A DNA stretch of 64,000 bases from Asterionella formosa (taxonomy: Eukaryota): positions 1 to 64,000 of the forward strand of contig NKIB01005148.1 in the NCBI GenBank assembly GCA_002256025.1. Reading direction: 5' to 3'. Positions 49,668 to 64,000 of this stretch are shown here, piece after piece (the stretch's first letter is position 1; every line of letters begins with the position of its first letter). The translations under genes and the position numbers were made by a program. The notes below the pieces were generated by a model that was given only the letters and a program-made list of their open reading frames with translations, had not been told where the DNA came from and made no database searches.

Positions 49668-51420
49668 TGTCTGCAAAAAGAACTACCATATTCCCATGAT
49701 GCATCATAGGATTGTGATCATCTGATCATAATTTTTCGTTATATCATCTAATAATTTTGATAAATGCCCTTGTAAGTTAAATAGTAACCCTTTTGACTAT
49801 GTATTTTTAATTTTTATATGTATTGTATCTATTAGATTCCTGTATTCGAATTTCTTGGTAGGATAATGTACCAGCTCAAGTAATGTAATTTGGCTCGTCA
49901 TTTCCATCCGTCATCACTCCGATTTTTGCAACAACAACGAAATACTAGCGATGACAAGTGGAATGATTGGTTGCGATAATGTCTTCAATTGTTGGTCAAG
50001 TGATCATTATATCTTTGAGTAATCGTCATGTGCAGTGAACCTTTGTTCATAATCATTCAATTAAGAGTTTACAGAGAAGAAATCATTCGAACTCGTAATG
50101 GTTCCGCACACAGCACACATAGTAAATCCGTTTATCCGTTTCGTCGACCACCAGCATTACAATCTCGCCAATCAACCCGTAAACAAACACATTCTACTTG
50201 TTCTCGTTGACATTTTCAATTCTCACATGATACTACATCTACTATTGAGATTCAGCATAGAAGGAGATACAAAAATGTGCGTAACAGACTTCTGTCCACA
50301 TAGCTATAGTTATAGAATGATTGCTTCTGATTTCAATTTCTTTTTCATGTCGCTCGTTTCTGCATTTGGCATGCTGTACTTGTATTTACTATTGAACTTG
50401 TCCGCATCTTTGATACCATCAAGAGAGCTAAAGCAAGTGGCTCTCTTGATTGTTGTTTGCTTGTAGGAAATATTTGATATCCGTATTGTCATTTGCTTGT
50501 TGGAAGTGTCCGTTGCCTCAAACCTGCTTGGCGTGTGCATACACACACTGCCGACTTGTTTTCATTGGTATGTTGTTCTTGTATTCACTGTTGAATTTTT
50601 CCGCATCTTTGTTACCATAAATAGAGCGACAAGTGGGTCTCTTCATTGTTGTTTGCTCCTGGAAAAGTCGGTGTCCATGTCATCATCCTCATCAATAGAG
50701 GGACAAGTGTCTTTCATCATTGCGGTTTGCCGCTGGAAAAATTGGTACCCGGGGTATCGTCATTCGCTCGTTGGAACCACTGTCCGTTGTCTCAAACCTT
50801 ATTAACCTGATTAACCTGTGTGTACATGTGTTCGTGCACTGTCGACTTGTGTACATTGCAGGAGTGACTTAGCTACTAAAGTTCGTGTTATAATATCATA
50901 CTCCGTAGTACGATGCAGAATACAGTTCCCAATCATCTCATCATGATTGATAAGATGATAATGTGACATCACGACAGGGTTACATCGATGCACACATCAC
51001 CAAAGTATGATACGTAATATTTAATAAAGTATATCACATAGCTAGTATGATACATTGATCAAAGAACTATGATGATTTCTTAAAAAAATTTATGACATAT
51101 TTTTAATCAAAATATGATTATGTCAAAAAAATACAATGATAATAAAATACGATAAAATATGGACACAAGTGTTATCAATACATCATAGAAGAAAGGTCAA
51201 GCAATCATAAAGTATATTAGTATATATATATATATATATATATATTCGGCTTTAAATGTATACAGTAAAAGCAAATAGTTAATATGATACTGTTATATAG
51301 TGAATAGGATCTAAGCATATTGATGCGTTGATTTGTACATCACCATAATATGATTTGTGATATGGATTGATGCACATCTCATACCGGTATCCTGAACAAG
51401 GAGCCATCATGTTCATCGTG
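49668..51420. mobile_element. Second, diverged member of the TGTCTGC-TIR element family (right end not found)
   Basis: 49668-49940 aligns with 30340-30615; TATGATACATTGATC shared with about 34537; related decayed minus-strand ORF. Confidence 0.75.
51221..51245. repeat. (TA)n microsatellite
   Basis: About 12 TA units. Confidence 0.9.
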
Positions 51421-52049
51421 GTGTCGTTTTTCTTTGTTATATATATATGTAGTACAGCCATTCTTCCAATGGTCAAGAACATTGAATGGATTAGAAAAAT
51501 CAGACAAAGGATGCTTTCCACTAGCTGACTGTACCCGAACCTACATTTCTGTCTGACCCATCCCACTGAATATGGGTCCTTCTCTGACCTGCTTTTCTGA
51601 AATCCAATGGCCCAGTTTCCCTCGAGCATCCTTCAAAAGCAGATTGTCTCTGAATGTAAGTTTACAAAGGCGCTTGGATTAAAAAAACTCAACCACATCA
51701 CTGTCATTCCCCTGCAGTGCACTCCAGTGCTCAGCAGCAGTAAATGTGTGTTTGTGCGTATATGTACAACAACTTGGTAAACTTTTCCATGTATGCATGG
51801 CGGCAGGAGAAGGGATTACCCCGCGGTACCTGGTACCTGGTACGGAGTGAAGTATCTAACTAGAAGTAGTAGTATTTGTTGAATATATGAGTTAATTAAT
51901 CTTATGTACAACTTGGTTCCCAAGTTGACATCAAAGTATACAATAGGTGTTAGTCGAGTTCTGATATATTTGATATAACCCTAACCCTATATACACCTGT
52001 ATCGATTTCCAGGATCGCTAACTCTCCCACACTTAAGGGAAATTCTTTT

Positions 52050-55000
52050 ACCTATGAAAAGGTTTGATACGACGAATATTACTTTGTTCTGTAATATGCA
52101 TAGAGCGTTGAAAAGTAACTGTACCATTGGCATGTACTTGAATAATAGAATAAGGACCTCGTCCATGATCATCCAAAGTAGTAGGATTATCCAATAGTAT
52201 TAAAATCTCATCACCCACTTTGTAATCATAAGATCGACAACGGAAATTAACACGACGTAGCTAAGCGTTCGTCGATTATCACTTGTCGACGTTGATGTAT
52301 TAATTGTAATTCTGTAATCAAAGGAATATTTAATATCATATCACGTTGAAAAACCCATGCGCCTGGTGAAATACGTAATATACTATGAATAGTAGTAGTT
52401 CGAGCTGCATATGATGCAGTTGTAAAACATGTATCCACAATATTTTGGGCTTGAAATTCATTCCTTGGAGGATGAGCCTTTAACATAGCTAACTCGTAGA
52501 CTATTACTGATAGATTGATGTAAACGTTCACAGATAGCATTTGCTTGTGGAATCTTGACTGTAGTAGTCACATCTTTAATTCCATTCAACACTAACATGT
52601 GTAAGAAAGGAACACCAGTAAATTCACCTCCATTGTCATGTATACAACGTTCTGGATGGGGATATCTGGCTAACCAATCATTTTCAAATTTCATTGCAAT
52701 ATATTCTTATGTTTTATTTTTGATACGTGAAATTTCTGCCGAATTGGTGACCGTATCAATACAAGTTAGCTAGAGCACGAAATTCAATCTCTTGAGTAGC
52801 CACTGTTATCCTCCATGGACCTATTAAATCTACTGCGACTTCTGACTATGGTAATAACAATGCATTCCTGGGTGGAATTTCACCAAAACCAGTACCAGGT
52901 AATTTTGTACGTTGACATGCTTCACATACTCTTACAATATGTTCCACTCTTGCTTTTAATGTAGGGTGATAAAAATGTGTAGCAATTGTAGCATTTAATC
53001 TTGTCATACCCACATGAGCTAACATCTGATGATACCAATTAATAATAGGATCCAATAATGATTTAGAAATAGCAATACGCCAAGTATCTCCTGGATTCTT
53101 CACAAAACATATAAAAAATATATCATGAAAATTGATAGAGGGAAATTTTAACGGATGTGTTTGTTGATTGAGAATCAATTGTATATTCAGCAATTGTCTA
53201 TCATGTATTAAGTTATAATCCAGAGGATATTGAATATTGTCTGTCAAGATTGGATGATTAAGGAAACAGGTAAGCAAAGGTTCATCATCTAATTCAATTG
53301 AAAAAGTAGAAGTGGAAATTGATGTTGGAGATTTCGGTCCAATATCAATATCATCCTCCACCAAAGACTCAAGTCTCGGGAGGCGAGAGATGGAATCTGC
53401 AATAGCATTGTCAGTCCCTTTTACGTATTGAAAATTAGGATGATATTCTTCAATATAAAGTCTCCATCTGAGAACACGTTGAGTATGTAAAGTATTATAA
53501 ATAAGATTTCGATTATCAGTGTGAACATGCAGAACTGCACCCAATAACATAGAGCGAAATTCTTTGAAAGTTTCTGCCACAGAAAGTAATTCTTTTTCAA
53601 TAGTAGTATAACTCTTTTGAGCAGCAGATAATTTTGCGAGAATAATAAGCAACTCTCAGATCATTTTGCATAATGACCGACCCTAATTGATAATCAGCCA
53701 GAGGCATCAGTAAAGATATGAAAAGGAAGATTATGATCAGGATGACGCATGAGTATCTGCAATCAACAACGCTTTCATTTCTTCAAAAGCTTGTTGATGT
53801 ACAGATAACCAGACAAATGGACTAGTTCCAATGAAATCTGTAAGTGGTCCAAGAACATGAGATCTTCTAGGAAACTTGTCTCGATAGTACATAACAGCAC
53901 CAAGAAATGATCTGTCTTGTTTAAGATTGGTAGGTGAAGACATATTAATCAATGCTTGGACCTTTTTAGACCAAGGTTTCAGTCCATCAGGAGTTAACCA
54001 ATAGCCTAACCAATCTGTCTCTTAGACTGCCCATTCATATTTAGATGGATTAATTGTAAAACCATTTGTCTGTAAACGATGTAAAATAGTTTCCAATAGA
54101 TGAATGTGATCCGAAAAATTCATTGAAAAAAACCCACGTCATCAATATAAATGTCCACATCATCTATATCACTAAGAATCTGTTCCATAGTTTCTTGTGC
54201 AATATCAGATGATTGTTTCACCCCCATATGGAGAAGTAAATATTTATATAAACCAAATGGAGTTGAAATAACACACAAGTTTTGACTCTCCACATCTAAT
54301 GCGAAAGTATAGTATTGCATAGAAAAATCCAATTCGGTGAAGAATTCATATCCAGCACGTTTAGTGAGAATAGTTTGTATTCGAGGCAAAGGATATATAT
54401 TGCGATTGATGACTTTATTGAGTTCACGAAAATCTGATACCCATCGGACACTTCCATCCTTTTTAGGAATAATAAAAGTGGGAGACGCCCATTTAGAAGC
54501 ACCACATTTTTGTAGGACTCCAATATCACACAACCGTTTTAATTCGGTTTTGAACACTTCTAAAGCAATGAATATGAGCGACCGGAGATGCTCGTTGATG
54601 ACGAGGGATGGCATTTGATAATAAATCCAAATGTACCTGTTTATGAGGATAAACTTTTAATTTTACATCAAATAATGTTTGATATTTAACCAATAGAGTT
54701 CGTAAGCATGACTGTTGCGTTGTTGTTAAATGCATCTGTTTATTCACCACTGTATCAATATTCACATAATTATATTCAGCAGCTTTAATTTCCAGCGCAT
54801 ATGATGATTCCACAATCATAGGTGCATCAAAATACAATAATAAATCACGTAAACGTTCTCCATCATCAAAGAATGTGAGAGGATGCATATGAACAATCAT
54901 ATTCATACAGGACATGGTATTATTTACGAAATCAATGCCTAAACCAACTTGACGAAGGAAATCACGTCCTAAAATAGCATCAATTGTGCATAAACCATTA

Positions 55001-55940
55001 AAAACTTGACACTTTTGTTGTAAAACATGAGCAGATCGATTTAATTCAGGTAGAATCAGGTTATATCATAAAATAACACTGTCAATGTTTAAACCAACTT
55101 GATGAAGGAAATCACGTCCTAAAATAGCATCAAATGTGCATAGACCATTAAAAACTTGACACTTTTGTTGTAAAACATGAGCAGATCGATTTAATTCAGG
55201 TAGAATCAGGTTATATCATAAAATAACACTGTCAATGTCTAAACCAACTTGATGAAGGAAATCACGTCCTAAAATAGCATCAAATGTGCATAGACCATTA
55301 AAAACTTGACACTTTTGTTGTAAAATTTGAGCGGATCGATTAAATTGCGGTAAAATCAGGTCATATAGCATGACACTGGCATGAGATGAATAAGTACCAG
55401 CTATGGTATGTATTCATTGGGAAGTCTTGTTAGACAAAGAAATGCCTTGAGGCATAACCCGTTCATGTATTAAGGATAACGATCCTCCACTATCAAATAA
55501 TACTCGTAGTATTTTTTATGCATAGGCATAGCATCCACCAATCGTGGCGCTAAAAGAGACATCGGAATCAGATCAATTGACGCTAATATATACTTAGAAG
55601 TAAAACAGGAAACCGGAATTGGGCCCTGATATGTATGTGGAATGTCATGTCCATCGATGCATTTATGTATGCCCCGCGTTACAGCAACAGCGGTATCCAT
55701 AGTGTATTCAACCTGCAAATAAAAAATATTATCCAGGTGATGACTAACGTGAGATATACTCAATGAGTCATTATAAATAGCATCACTTTTATCGCACATA
55801 CCTCTGTAATGGCGATCAGCGGTAGCAAGCTGTTGTTGTGTAGTAGGGACAAAAGTCACTATATGACCAGCAGAAGGGTTCGTGACCACTGAAATTTCCT
55901 GGGCAGATGTATTCTCGGTAGGATCGGCACGTGGCACGCA
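52050..55940 (-). mobile_element. Ty3/Gypsy LTR retrotransposon pol (PR-RT-RH-IN), degenerate
   Basis: DAILGRDFL, WASPTFIIPKKDGSVRWVSDFRELNK, IYIDD, YTTIEKELLS, HVGMTR...[26 protein letters not shown] motif; PPT-like GTGGGAGAG at 52022-52030 on the minus strand. Confidence 0.93.
54932..55378. repeat. 150-bp tandem triplication within the Gypsy protease
   Basis: AAACCAACTTGA at 54941, 55091 and 55241; units nearly identical. Confidence 0.95.
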
Positions 55941-56029
55941 CGGCCCCCCAACCGGAAGGATGAGTATTATGACCCTATCTATTTAACATACGAGCATGTG
56001 GAGCAGGCACAGTTTGTTTGTGAAATAAA

Positions 56030-59000
56030 TTTTTTTTAAAGTACATTAAAACTAGGCTAGCAATAATCGCACTCGTGCCCGGGGGACACAGAAAAAGAAA
56101 GATGCACCATGTTCTGATAACCGGCCAGTACCGGGTCCTGGGATGTTGTCCGTCAAGGATTGCCCATCGAGGTGCTAGGCGGAGTTGAGCTCCACCTCAA
56201 ATACCTTGATCTAACCCTGGATTATTGGCCCGGATGGACGTTTCCACCACTGTCATAATCCATAGTAGTTTTTGATGTATGCATGGTATGATGTGATTTG
56301 CGATTCTGGCAGGGAAGTTGAAAGAGAAACTTGTCAGACAATGAGACTCTGTCCGCCTGGGAATTTAACTGTGTGATGATTCCATCAACTTCTTTGCTAA
56401 GTACATCAATCTGTTCGTCGTCTGTGACACCATAGAGGGACTGATTGCGTGATGTCCATTGCCCAATTCCAAATTTCCAAAGATTATTAATGAGCTTGCT
56501 AGTCCATTGATCATCGATAATTGGTTCGGAATGGAGAAATCTTTCTTTATAATAAAACGCATTTGCCTTCCCACAATTGATGCTCATACAACCCGGCCAT
56601 CATTGTGTATATCATACTTCCTCCGTTATTTCATTGTTGCAAAAAAATCGAATTCCAGTTTGAAAAGCGTCATCCGTTACGAAATGCCAGTTAGCCGTGC
56701 TCCTCCTCTATGTCTTGCCGGCCAATCCACCATTTCGAAGATTTTCTTGGTATCCCATCCATTCCGAGCGCATATATGTTGTTCTAAAGATCCCCAGTAA
56801 CTAGCTTCTCGTATTGCCATTGAGACATGACCCATGATCCACTGACCTTGAAAAAACAAAGTTGCTCTATGTCCTGGAGGTAGAATATACTTCTTTGTAG
56901 CAGCGCTTTTACACCCTGTGCATGTTCTAGCCTGATTTGCCAATGAGTCCACGTCACAATTCAGTTTTGCTTCCCATGAAAGCTCACCGTCGGCTATCTC
57001 AAAATATTTATGGGATTTTACATTGTGTGGAATAACCGTGATGTTATGTTTCTTGGCGATTTGCATGGCCGCTTGGAGGAGATCATAATCAGGGGCTAGG
57101 GTCTTGGATGATCCGCTGTGCAAGCATTGAGGATTATGATAGTTCTTGATGGGATGATGAGTTGACAACAGTGTGTCAACAGCCACTAAACCCCCAAGGA
57201 ACCCACCTATCTCTGCGCGAAGCGATGACATTCCATTGCCGCCACTCGTCTGTACCACTCCATGACCACAAGCACTGGTATTATCCTGTCGACACAAGAG
57301 TTTCCAGCCCTTAGTTGCATCGTTGCTGCAATGTAGAGATCCATCAGATGCCATGACAACATTTCCCTCTGACAATGCTTGCTGGAATATTGCCACATGG
57401 GTTGTTGGAAAGGAAAAATCCCCTAATCTCCATGACAAGCGCCGGATGGAGTGCCTGAATGGACTCATTGATGGTGGATGTTCTTAATGTGTTTGAAGCA
57501 AGTGCAATAGTTGTAGGTACCGCCTGTGTTATTCCGGAAAGCTCTATGTTTGTTGATTATCTTGACGAAATGGTGACTGGAGACAGTTGGGAAGGATGCG
57601 TAAATGCTATTATGCTGGAGGGTTGGAATGTGCTTGGGGTATGACCCTGATCATATATCCTAAATAGCCCACTTTCAGTTTGTTCGACCAATCGATGTGT
57701 TTCCGGATCCAGGTGAAAAGTTCAATGCTGGTGCTTGGGAGGTGAGAGCCAGTTCCCCAATGGAATGAATAGCCGCCTGGACTGGTTGCATAAATTTCTA
57801 TAAAGTGTTTTATGCTACAGGTCCCATGCAAGAGGGGATGGTTGCTGCTGCGGTGGCCACCTGTAAGAATTCTTCCTGTCAGAATGACGATTCCCTTTGA
57901 AGATATTATAAGTAATAAATCTTCCTGTTGCATCACTTATGTCTGCAACTGTGACCACCTGGAGAAATTACCTACATGCATTTAATCGTTTCAATTCTCT
58001 GGGAGCGAGTTTCCAACCAGGAAGTGTCCATATGGACATGAGGTTTTTGTCCTGAGTCCGCTGTTCGCCCAATTCCCAACAGTCCTGAAGGTGAGCCTGA
58101 CCCTTAATTGAATAGATGAATTCCCAAACATTTGTCAACCATGATGGCTCTACATAACGTAAGAATTGGTGTGGATGATAAGTCATGGGAAGAAGGGGCA
58201 AGCCAATGATCAATTGTAAATTTTCCAGCAAGATTTGAAGCAAGATTACAATCTCATCTTGATGACGCATATGACTGAGAAACATCTGCACCTGACTGAT
58301 TTCCTGATCCGTATATGTATCAGTAAAGCCAAAGCACCCCAAACATGGAGGACCAAAGAAAAGAAGTCGTTTTGTTTTGGCATTGAATCCCATCCTGGTT
58401 AATAATGTTGGAAGAAATGATCTGTCACTCTTTGCGCACTCCTGTGCGGTGAATGTGGTTCCGCATGAGGGGTATTTCATGGATGGTCGGAACATGGTTT
58501 TATAAGCAATCATCACCTCGTGCCGTTGAAGTTGTGATCCTGAGATATTCTGACTCAGTGTCCGACCTTTTTGGATCAAATGCGACATCTCTTCCGCATT
58601 GTTTCCACTGGGTGCCAACCGAGGACCAAGATTGTGTGGGCCATCACTAGAATCGCGCTGAGGAATTGCTGTGTGAACATCGATGTTATCACCATAGTAT
58701 ATCGCAATGTCTAACACCAACGCCTCTTTGTTTGTTTTGAGGTGGTATTGGTCATGAATGACTTTCCAATCCATTGCAACAAAGAAGCATTATTCTAGTG
58801 CTAAGGCACCCCCTGTTGTATAGAGGAGTTGCTCCCAGTATTCAGCAATGTGTTGCATTTCCTCTGCCAATGCATGTATATCGCCTTGATACACTGCCAG
58901 CATTAATTCTGTATCATCTACATATGTTTCTGCAGCCCGCGTTATGATAAGAGAATTTCGCGGGTTGCAGAAAGTGATCCCTCTTGATTTGTCAGAAATC

Positions 59001-62000
59001 GCCCCCAGTAATATGCATGTTATTGCTAACCATAAAGCTGGAGAAGCGCCAGACCCCTGCAGTGTTCCCAAGACCCAATTGTGAAGATTCGAGTAGCTCT
59101 TCTCAGAAATTCCCATTGTTGTTCTGATAAGATATGACATTTTCTCTAAAGTGAGCAATAATGTCTGAAGTGCCTTTTTGCTTGCCCGAAGTCGGCGTAG
59201 TGCAATACCTCCCACTGATGGTACCATGTGATCGAAGGCAGCCTTGCCATCATTATTGAAAATTATCCGATCTTCTTACAAATGCGAATACCGTCGCATG
59301 CCATACGTTTCATCAGTATTGCATCCTGGGAGGATCGGTTGGGTCGAGATCCCCATTGAAGTGGTGAAACCAGATGTTTGTCCTCTGCTCTGTGGATTAG
59401 TCTGCGTCCAAATATGATTCGCAATATCATGTTCAGATCTGCCTCATCAACTGAATAACCCGAAGTTTGTCGAGGCGGGCTGTGCCTTTAATTTTTTTCA
59501 GCATAACTTGGAGGCCCATCAACCAGCACCTATCGAGTGTAAAGCCTACTAATTCGAAAGGAATGGACATCACAGTCGAGTAAACATGGCAAAGAATGTC
59601 ATCCTTGAGACTAGCTTTGTAATGTCCCAGATGTCTCTCACTTGGGGATGAGGAAGTTTTTTCCGCAACTGTTTTGAATCCTTGTTTAAACTCATCAATA
59701 GTGATGGAAGATTTTATAGGCTCCTCACCATTTTCGCCTAGCGGATACCTCATTTCCTTGATACATCTCTTAATGGCTGAATTAGCCTCATACTTTGTCA
59801 GGTCTATGGTACCCTCCAATATGGACTCAGAGAACATGTTCTGCTCAAATGGATGCAAATATTTCCCAAAACTACCATTAACAAATGGGGTATGTGCTGC
59901 CTGTGCAAAATGATGCATGACTATTGCGTTGGATAAGGTGCTTGAACACTTCCGTTGACTCCGATAATGTGCGGTAGTCGATGATTTCGCCTGTTGTATC
60001 AAAAACCGGGATTTCAATTTTACTCAATCCAGACCCTACCTCCCCTTTAGAGTATTTACGTAGGCGTGGCCATAACTTGGCCATGTATGCAGCTTCTTTA
60101 ATGCTCGTAAGAGCAGCTTCTCTTGACTTATTTTGTTTTAACAGTGCCTCGTTGATTAAATCTGATAAAAATTTCTGTCTGAGTGCTGCCTGATTAATGT
60201 GTAAGGCTGTCCAAGCATCATACAACTTAGAGGCATAAAATTTGTATCCTAATGTGTGAGAGCCTAACCCAAATTCTTGACATTGGCAAAGGGGCATCAC
60301 CATCATAGGATCTTTGCCAGTTTTATGAACAACGCGCAGACAAGTACGCCAGAAGGTAACTGTACAACCCGCAAGCGCTAGCCTGGGAGACCATCCATAT
60401 CCATAATTCTTATTGGCCAACTTCGTTTCTGCGTGCAAGACTGCATTTGTAACCTCTCTATCAATGTTTTCCACCTCCAACTTTAGTACCTCCTCGATGT
60501 GTTGGACATGAGCATGCTCTCGTAGGTGAGTGCATTGTGCCACAATATTATGAGCTGCTAGATGTTTGTGAACCATAGCAAGATATATTTGTACATGTTG
60601 TTTGTTTTTGGAGTGGAGTGGAGACCCCTGCGATTTTGGGAAATTGGATCTGTCCATGTGGTCAATAGAATGCTTCCTACTTCTAAATCGATGAAAAGTG
60701 CCCGATGATCAGAGAATTTCAATCCACTGTTATATGTTGTCATGCCCCCCCTGTGACTGCCTGAGATACCGCGAAAGACCCAAATATAAAGTCAATCTTT
60801 TTCTTCCCCTGTCTGTGAGATTTGGGAGGCTGATTCAAGCTGTGAAAGTTAGAATGAAGGTCGATGAGATTATGAAGGGTAACCATGCGAAGAAACTGAG
60901 CATCTTCAAAGTCCGAATTTGCATCTAACATTAAAATAATTTCGTCCCCTGTATCCTGGAAATGCGTGAGCTGAGCTGATAATGGTATCAAGAATTGCGC
61001 CCTGGGGTTGACAGGTGTTGCCTTGTTCTGCGCCCTCAGAAACCTCCACTGTTGCATACACGCCGTTTCCATTCTCAACCCCTTAGCCGATTTCTGACTA
61101 ACTTGATACGCAGTGAAGATCGTTAAATGACTCTGTTTGTGACATTTAAAGCGTTGCCATGCCCATCTACCCATGTCTTCATCTGAACCACTTTTTGTCA
61201 ATCTAGACCCCATTGTGTTAGTAGGCATAACGCTAGATCCCCCTCTTTGCAAAATAGTAGATGTGCCTTCATTACGGGAAGAATGAAAAAATACAAATTT
61301 GTTTACCCTTGTTGCAATTTCTGCTCCCATGAGTCCCAAAACCTTGTATTCTTCCAATTGACATGTCTCGCTCATCCCAAAAATATGCCCTTGGAGGCGC
61401 TTCATGTTTTGCTGGATCTCGGCGTTGACCATACTCGATGGTGTGATGCCGTTCACATTCTGGAAAATTATTCGAATTGTATCACCACTTACTGGAGAAA
61501 GTTCATCTCCCCATGAGCCTTGGAAGTCGCTGGATTGTGTAACATTTGGCCCTCCAGAACTTTGAGCATTAGGGTGACAGATATGTTCTCCTCCTATTCC
61601 GAGTGCACATGATGCCCTATTTTGGTTTTGTGTCGTAGCTTGTGGTTGGACATGAGTTTCTTCGATTCCTGGTGATGTTGAACCAGGATCGTCCACATGA
61701 TCCATGTGAGCATTCATGATGCATGCCCACTCTGGCTTGCTTCGCCAGGTTGGGGAAAGGATGGAGGTGATAGTGATATCTCATTGTTTTGTTGGTTTCT
61801 TCCAAGTTGGGAGTTGGTCGGGGTATTGATGGCGGGTGAATTAGGAGACAGACTAGGAGCCAAGAGATTAGGGTGCAGCTCTTGCCTTAACATGTCCATC
61901 ATCAGAAGTAAGTTACCCATAATTTCCTCGGTATCTTGTTGCATAATGGTCACTGTGTCCTGGAGTGCCTCTTGTGCCACCCCTTGATCATATATATTGT

Positions 62001-64000
62001 GTTGCATTTGTAACAGTTCATTACGAAATGAGGACATCATTTCAGTTTGAATAACACTGTGATTACGCCAAGTAGAGTCCGATGGAGTTATTTCAGAGAG
62101 GTCTTCTGAACCTTTCAAGGTTACCTGATCTTTTGCTACCTGTACATACGATTTTCAGGGTGTGGCGGAAAGTGTGCGATGTTGATGAAGCTTATTGGAT
62201 TGTAGTCGACTTTTGCGGGTGCTAACGCTATCCTCAATACTGCTGCAGAGGTCACTGTCAGTATTGTACCTTGTTTGTAGTTGCGCTTTCTTTGACTGAG
62301 ATTCTTTTGTACTGGAGCGTGTTGGTGCTCCAGCAGTATTAAGATAGTTTGCTGATCGTGATGCGTTTCCTCAGGTAGAGTTCACTCCACTTGCCGAAAT
62401 GTATGAATCTACTGCACTGCCGTCGAGAGATGTGGCTTTAGAGGAGATTGACAAGGAAGGGAAAGTGCTATCAAGCTCAGGAAAGATATCATCCAGCTTT
62501 GCTTCTCCATCCTGTTCGTAAACAATTCGTGACTGATGATATGCTGTTGTTCGTTCCAGTAGTGAGTCCATCTCATTATATAAATCATGTACATTCAGGT
62601 CTGGGAATGTCTCTTTAGCCACCGTGAGCAAGTGATATCTAACCTTATACATCTGAGCCTTCTTGCGGGTTGTGCTGGCCAATATTGCCGTCTTTTGTTT
62701 AGTGCCATGTGGCACCACTGCGTCGAACATATTATTGCCATCCTCGTCAAGCAGATTTCTCAGGATCTCCCCCACTGATATGCTGCATCCTTGTACACAA
62801 TCATCTCTTCCAATCCTCGAAGATTGTGTGGCATGAAAGTGATCACTTTCTTTTCAAATGCAAGTTGACCCTGTATAAACTTATCATTTGCATCTGCTGT
62901 ACTCTTGAGCATTGCTACTAAGGGAATGAATCGCAAAAGCGGTCTTGTCCAGTCCTTGTTAGCAATGTCCGTTCCATATAGCTTTGTCAGCGCTGAACAA
63001 GCCTCAGCGTAATCCTCTTTTTTAGAACAAATGGTAGTAGCAAATGCCGATGGAGATGTTTCAGAGGAGCTGTGTATTTTTGACCAGCTGACTTAAATAG
63101 GGATTTCCTTATTTTTATTATGAATACGAATATTTTGAGTGAGATGCTTTGCTAGCTCGATTCGATTTTCCGCTGCCATTGTACCGTAAATTACTCCCAC
63201 CATTACCACTGGAGATATCCCAAATGGAGCCTGCGATACAGATAAAACTGGATACTATGATAATACCTTGTGAAGTCTATTGTTTCCAAAAATATCCAAT
63301 GGCTTAGGTGTTTGCAGATGCAGTAACACATGGAAGTTATCCTTAGTTAATGCGCCTTTGTGCACATAGCGTCTGATAATTCGAGTTTCAATTGAAGCTG
63401 GAATGTTACCCTGCTTTCTTGTGATAGGGTCAAGCAACTTGGATGTAACTAAAGCAATGATTTGAACAGATGGTACTTCTTTGAGAATAGCCTTGAGTAA
63501 TGGCTGGATAATAGCCATGATAGATTCATCGTTTGCTGTGTTGTCCATACGATTTATTTTTATTGCTATATATTGATTATTTGTTTCGCCAAAGAGTGAG
63601 GATTAGTTTTTGTCAAGGTGCATGACGGATCACAGTGTTGTTCGGAAACTTCGGCCATGATATGGTCCTGCTCCTCTCGCTCCAAATCTTTCACCTGTAA
63701 ACTTCGGTTGTCCGTAACCACCGTAGTTTTTGGAAGTACTCGCATCTGTTCATTAACCTGGAGCTCTGTTGTTGTTGTCTTTGGTTGTGTGAATTCCATA
63801 TTCGTTGTTTTGGGAGTTCCCGGAGGGCTCTGCAAGTCGAGCATCTCAACATCTGGTGAACTGTGCTGTGTTGGGCTTGCTGGCATCAGGGCTAGTCTTG
63901 GATCATATGTTTGTCTATCCGGCAACAACATTGGGCGTTTTGTACCTGTTCCTGTTTTAATGGGTGAACTTGGCTTAGTGTTCTTTGCTAGTATGGATGA
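56030..64000 (-). mobile_element. Ambal-like non-LTR retrotransposon (ORF1 plus ORF2 APE-RT-RNase H), degenerate, runs off the window end
   Basis: APE IRIIFQNVNGI...MSET...LMLDANS...KIDFIFGS; RT GTLQGSGASP and YVDDT; RNase H ASDGS, SSLRAE, VKSH and NCDVDSLA; A-rich 3' end at 56030-56037; ORF1 fragments 61714-63931. Confidence 0.9.

Noticed and set aside
51976..51989. Telomeric repeat TAACCCTAACCCTA
   Set aside because: Only two units; expected by chance
1..64000. tRNA, rRNA or prokaryotic operon-type systems (DGR, retron)
   Set aside because: None recognised; all RT motifs belong to Copia, Gypsy or LINE elements, and no template/variable repeat pair with adenine-specific changes was seen

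Overview
Eukaryotic DNA, most likely from a diatom (inferred from compact, intron-poor genes, diatom-type Copia elements and Ambal-like LINEs; species not determinable). About 4-24.3 kb is gene-rich: a small membrane protein, a 1.2-kaa protein with a TAF1A/Rrn11-like C-terminus head-to-head with a CENP-M-like gene, a tandem FkbM-family methyltransferase array (2 intact copies plus 1 pseudogene), U1A/U2B'' snRNP protein head-to-head with proteasome alpha-5, and a RABL6-like protein. About 24.6-64 kb is a nest of mostly decayed transposons: a Copia element with near-identical LTRs starting with AG instead of TG, which carries a 4.3-kb TIR element; a Mutator-like remnant; a pogo-type element; RNase H-bearing LINEs; and a Gypsy pol with a 150-bp triplication. 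One largely intact host gene lies inside this nest. It encodes a cytosolic LRR + IRAK/Pelle-like kinase + RING + Roco/TORNADO1-like tail protein, the best candidate for an undescribed immune-like signalling system. All homology calls come from recognising motifs by eye; no database searches were run.
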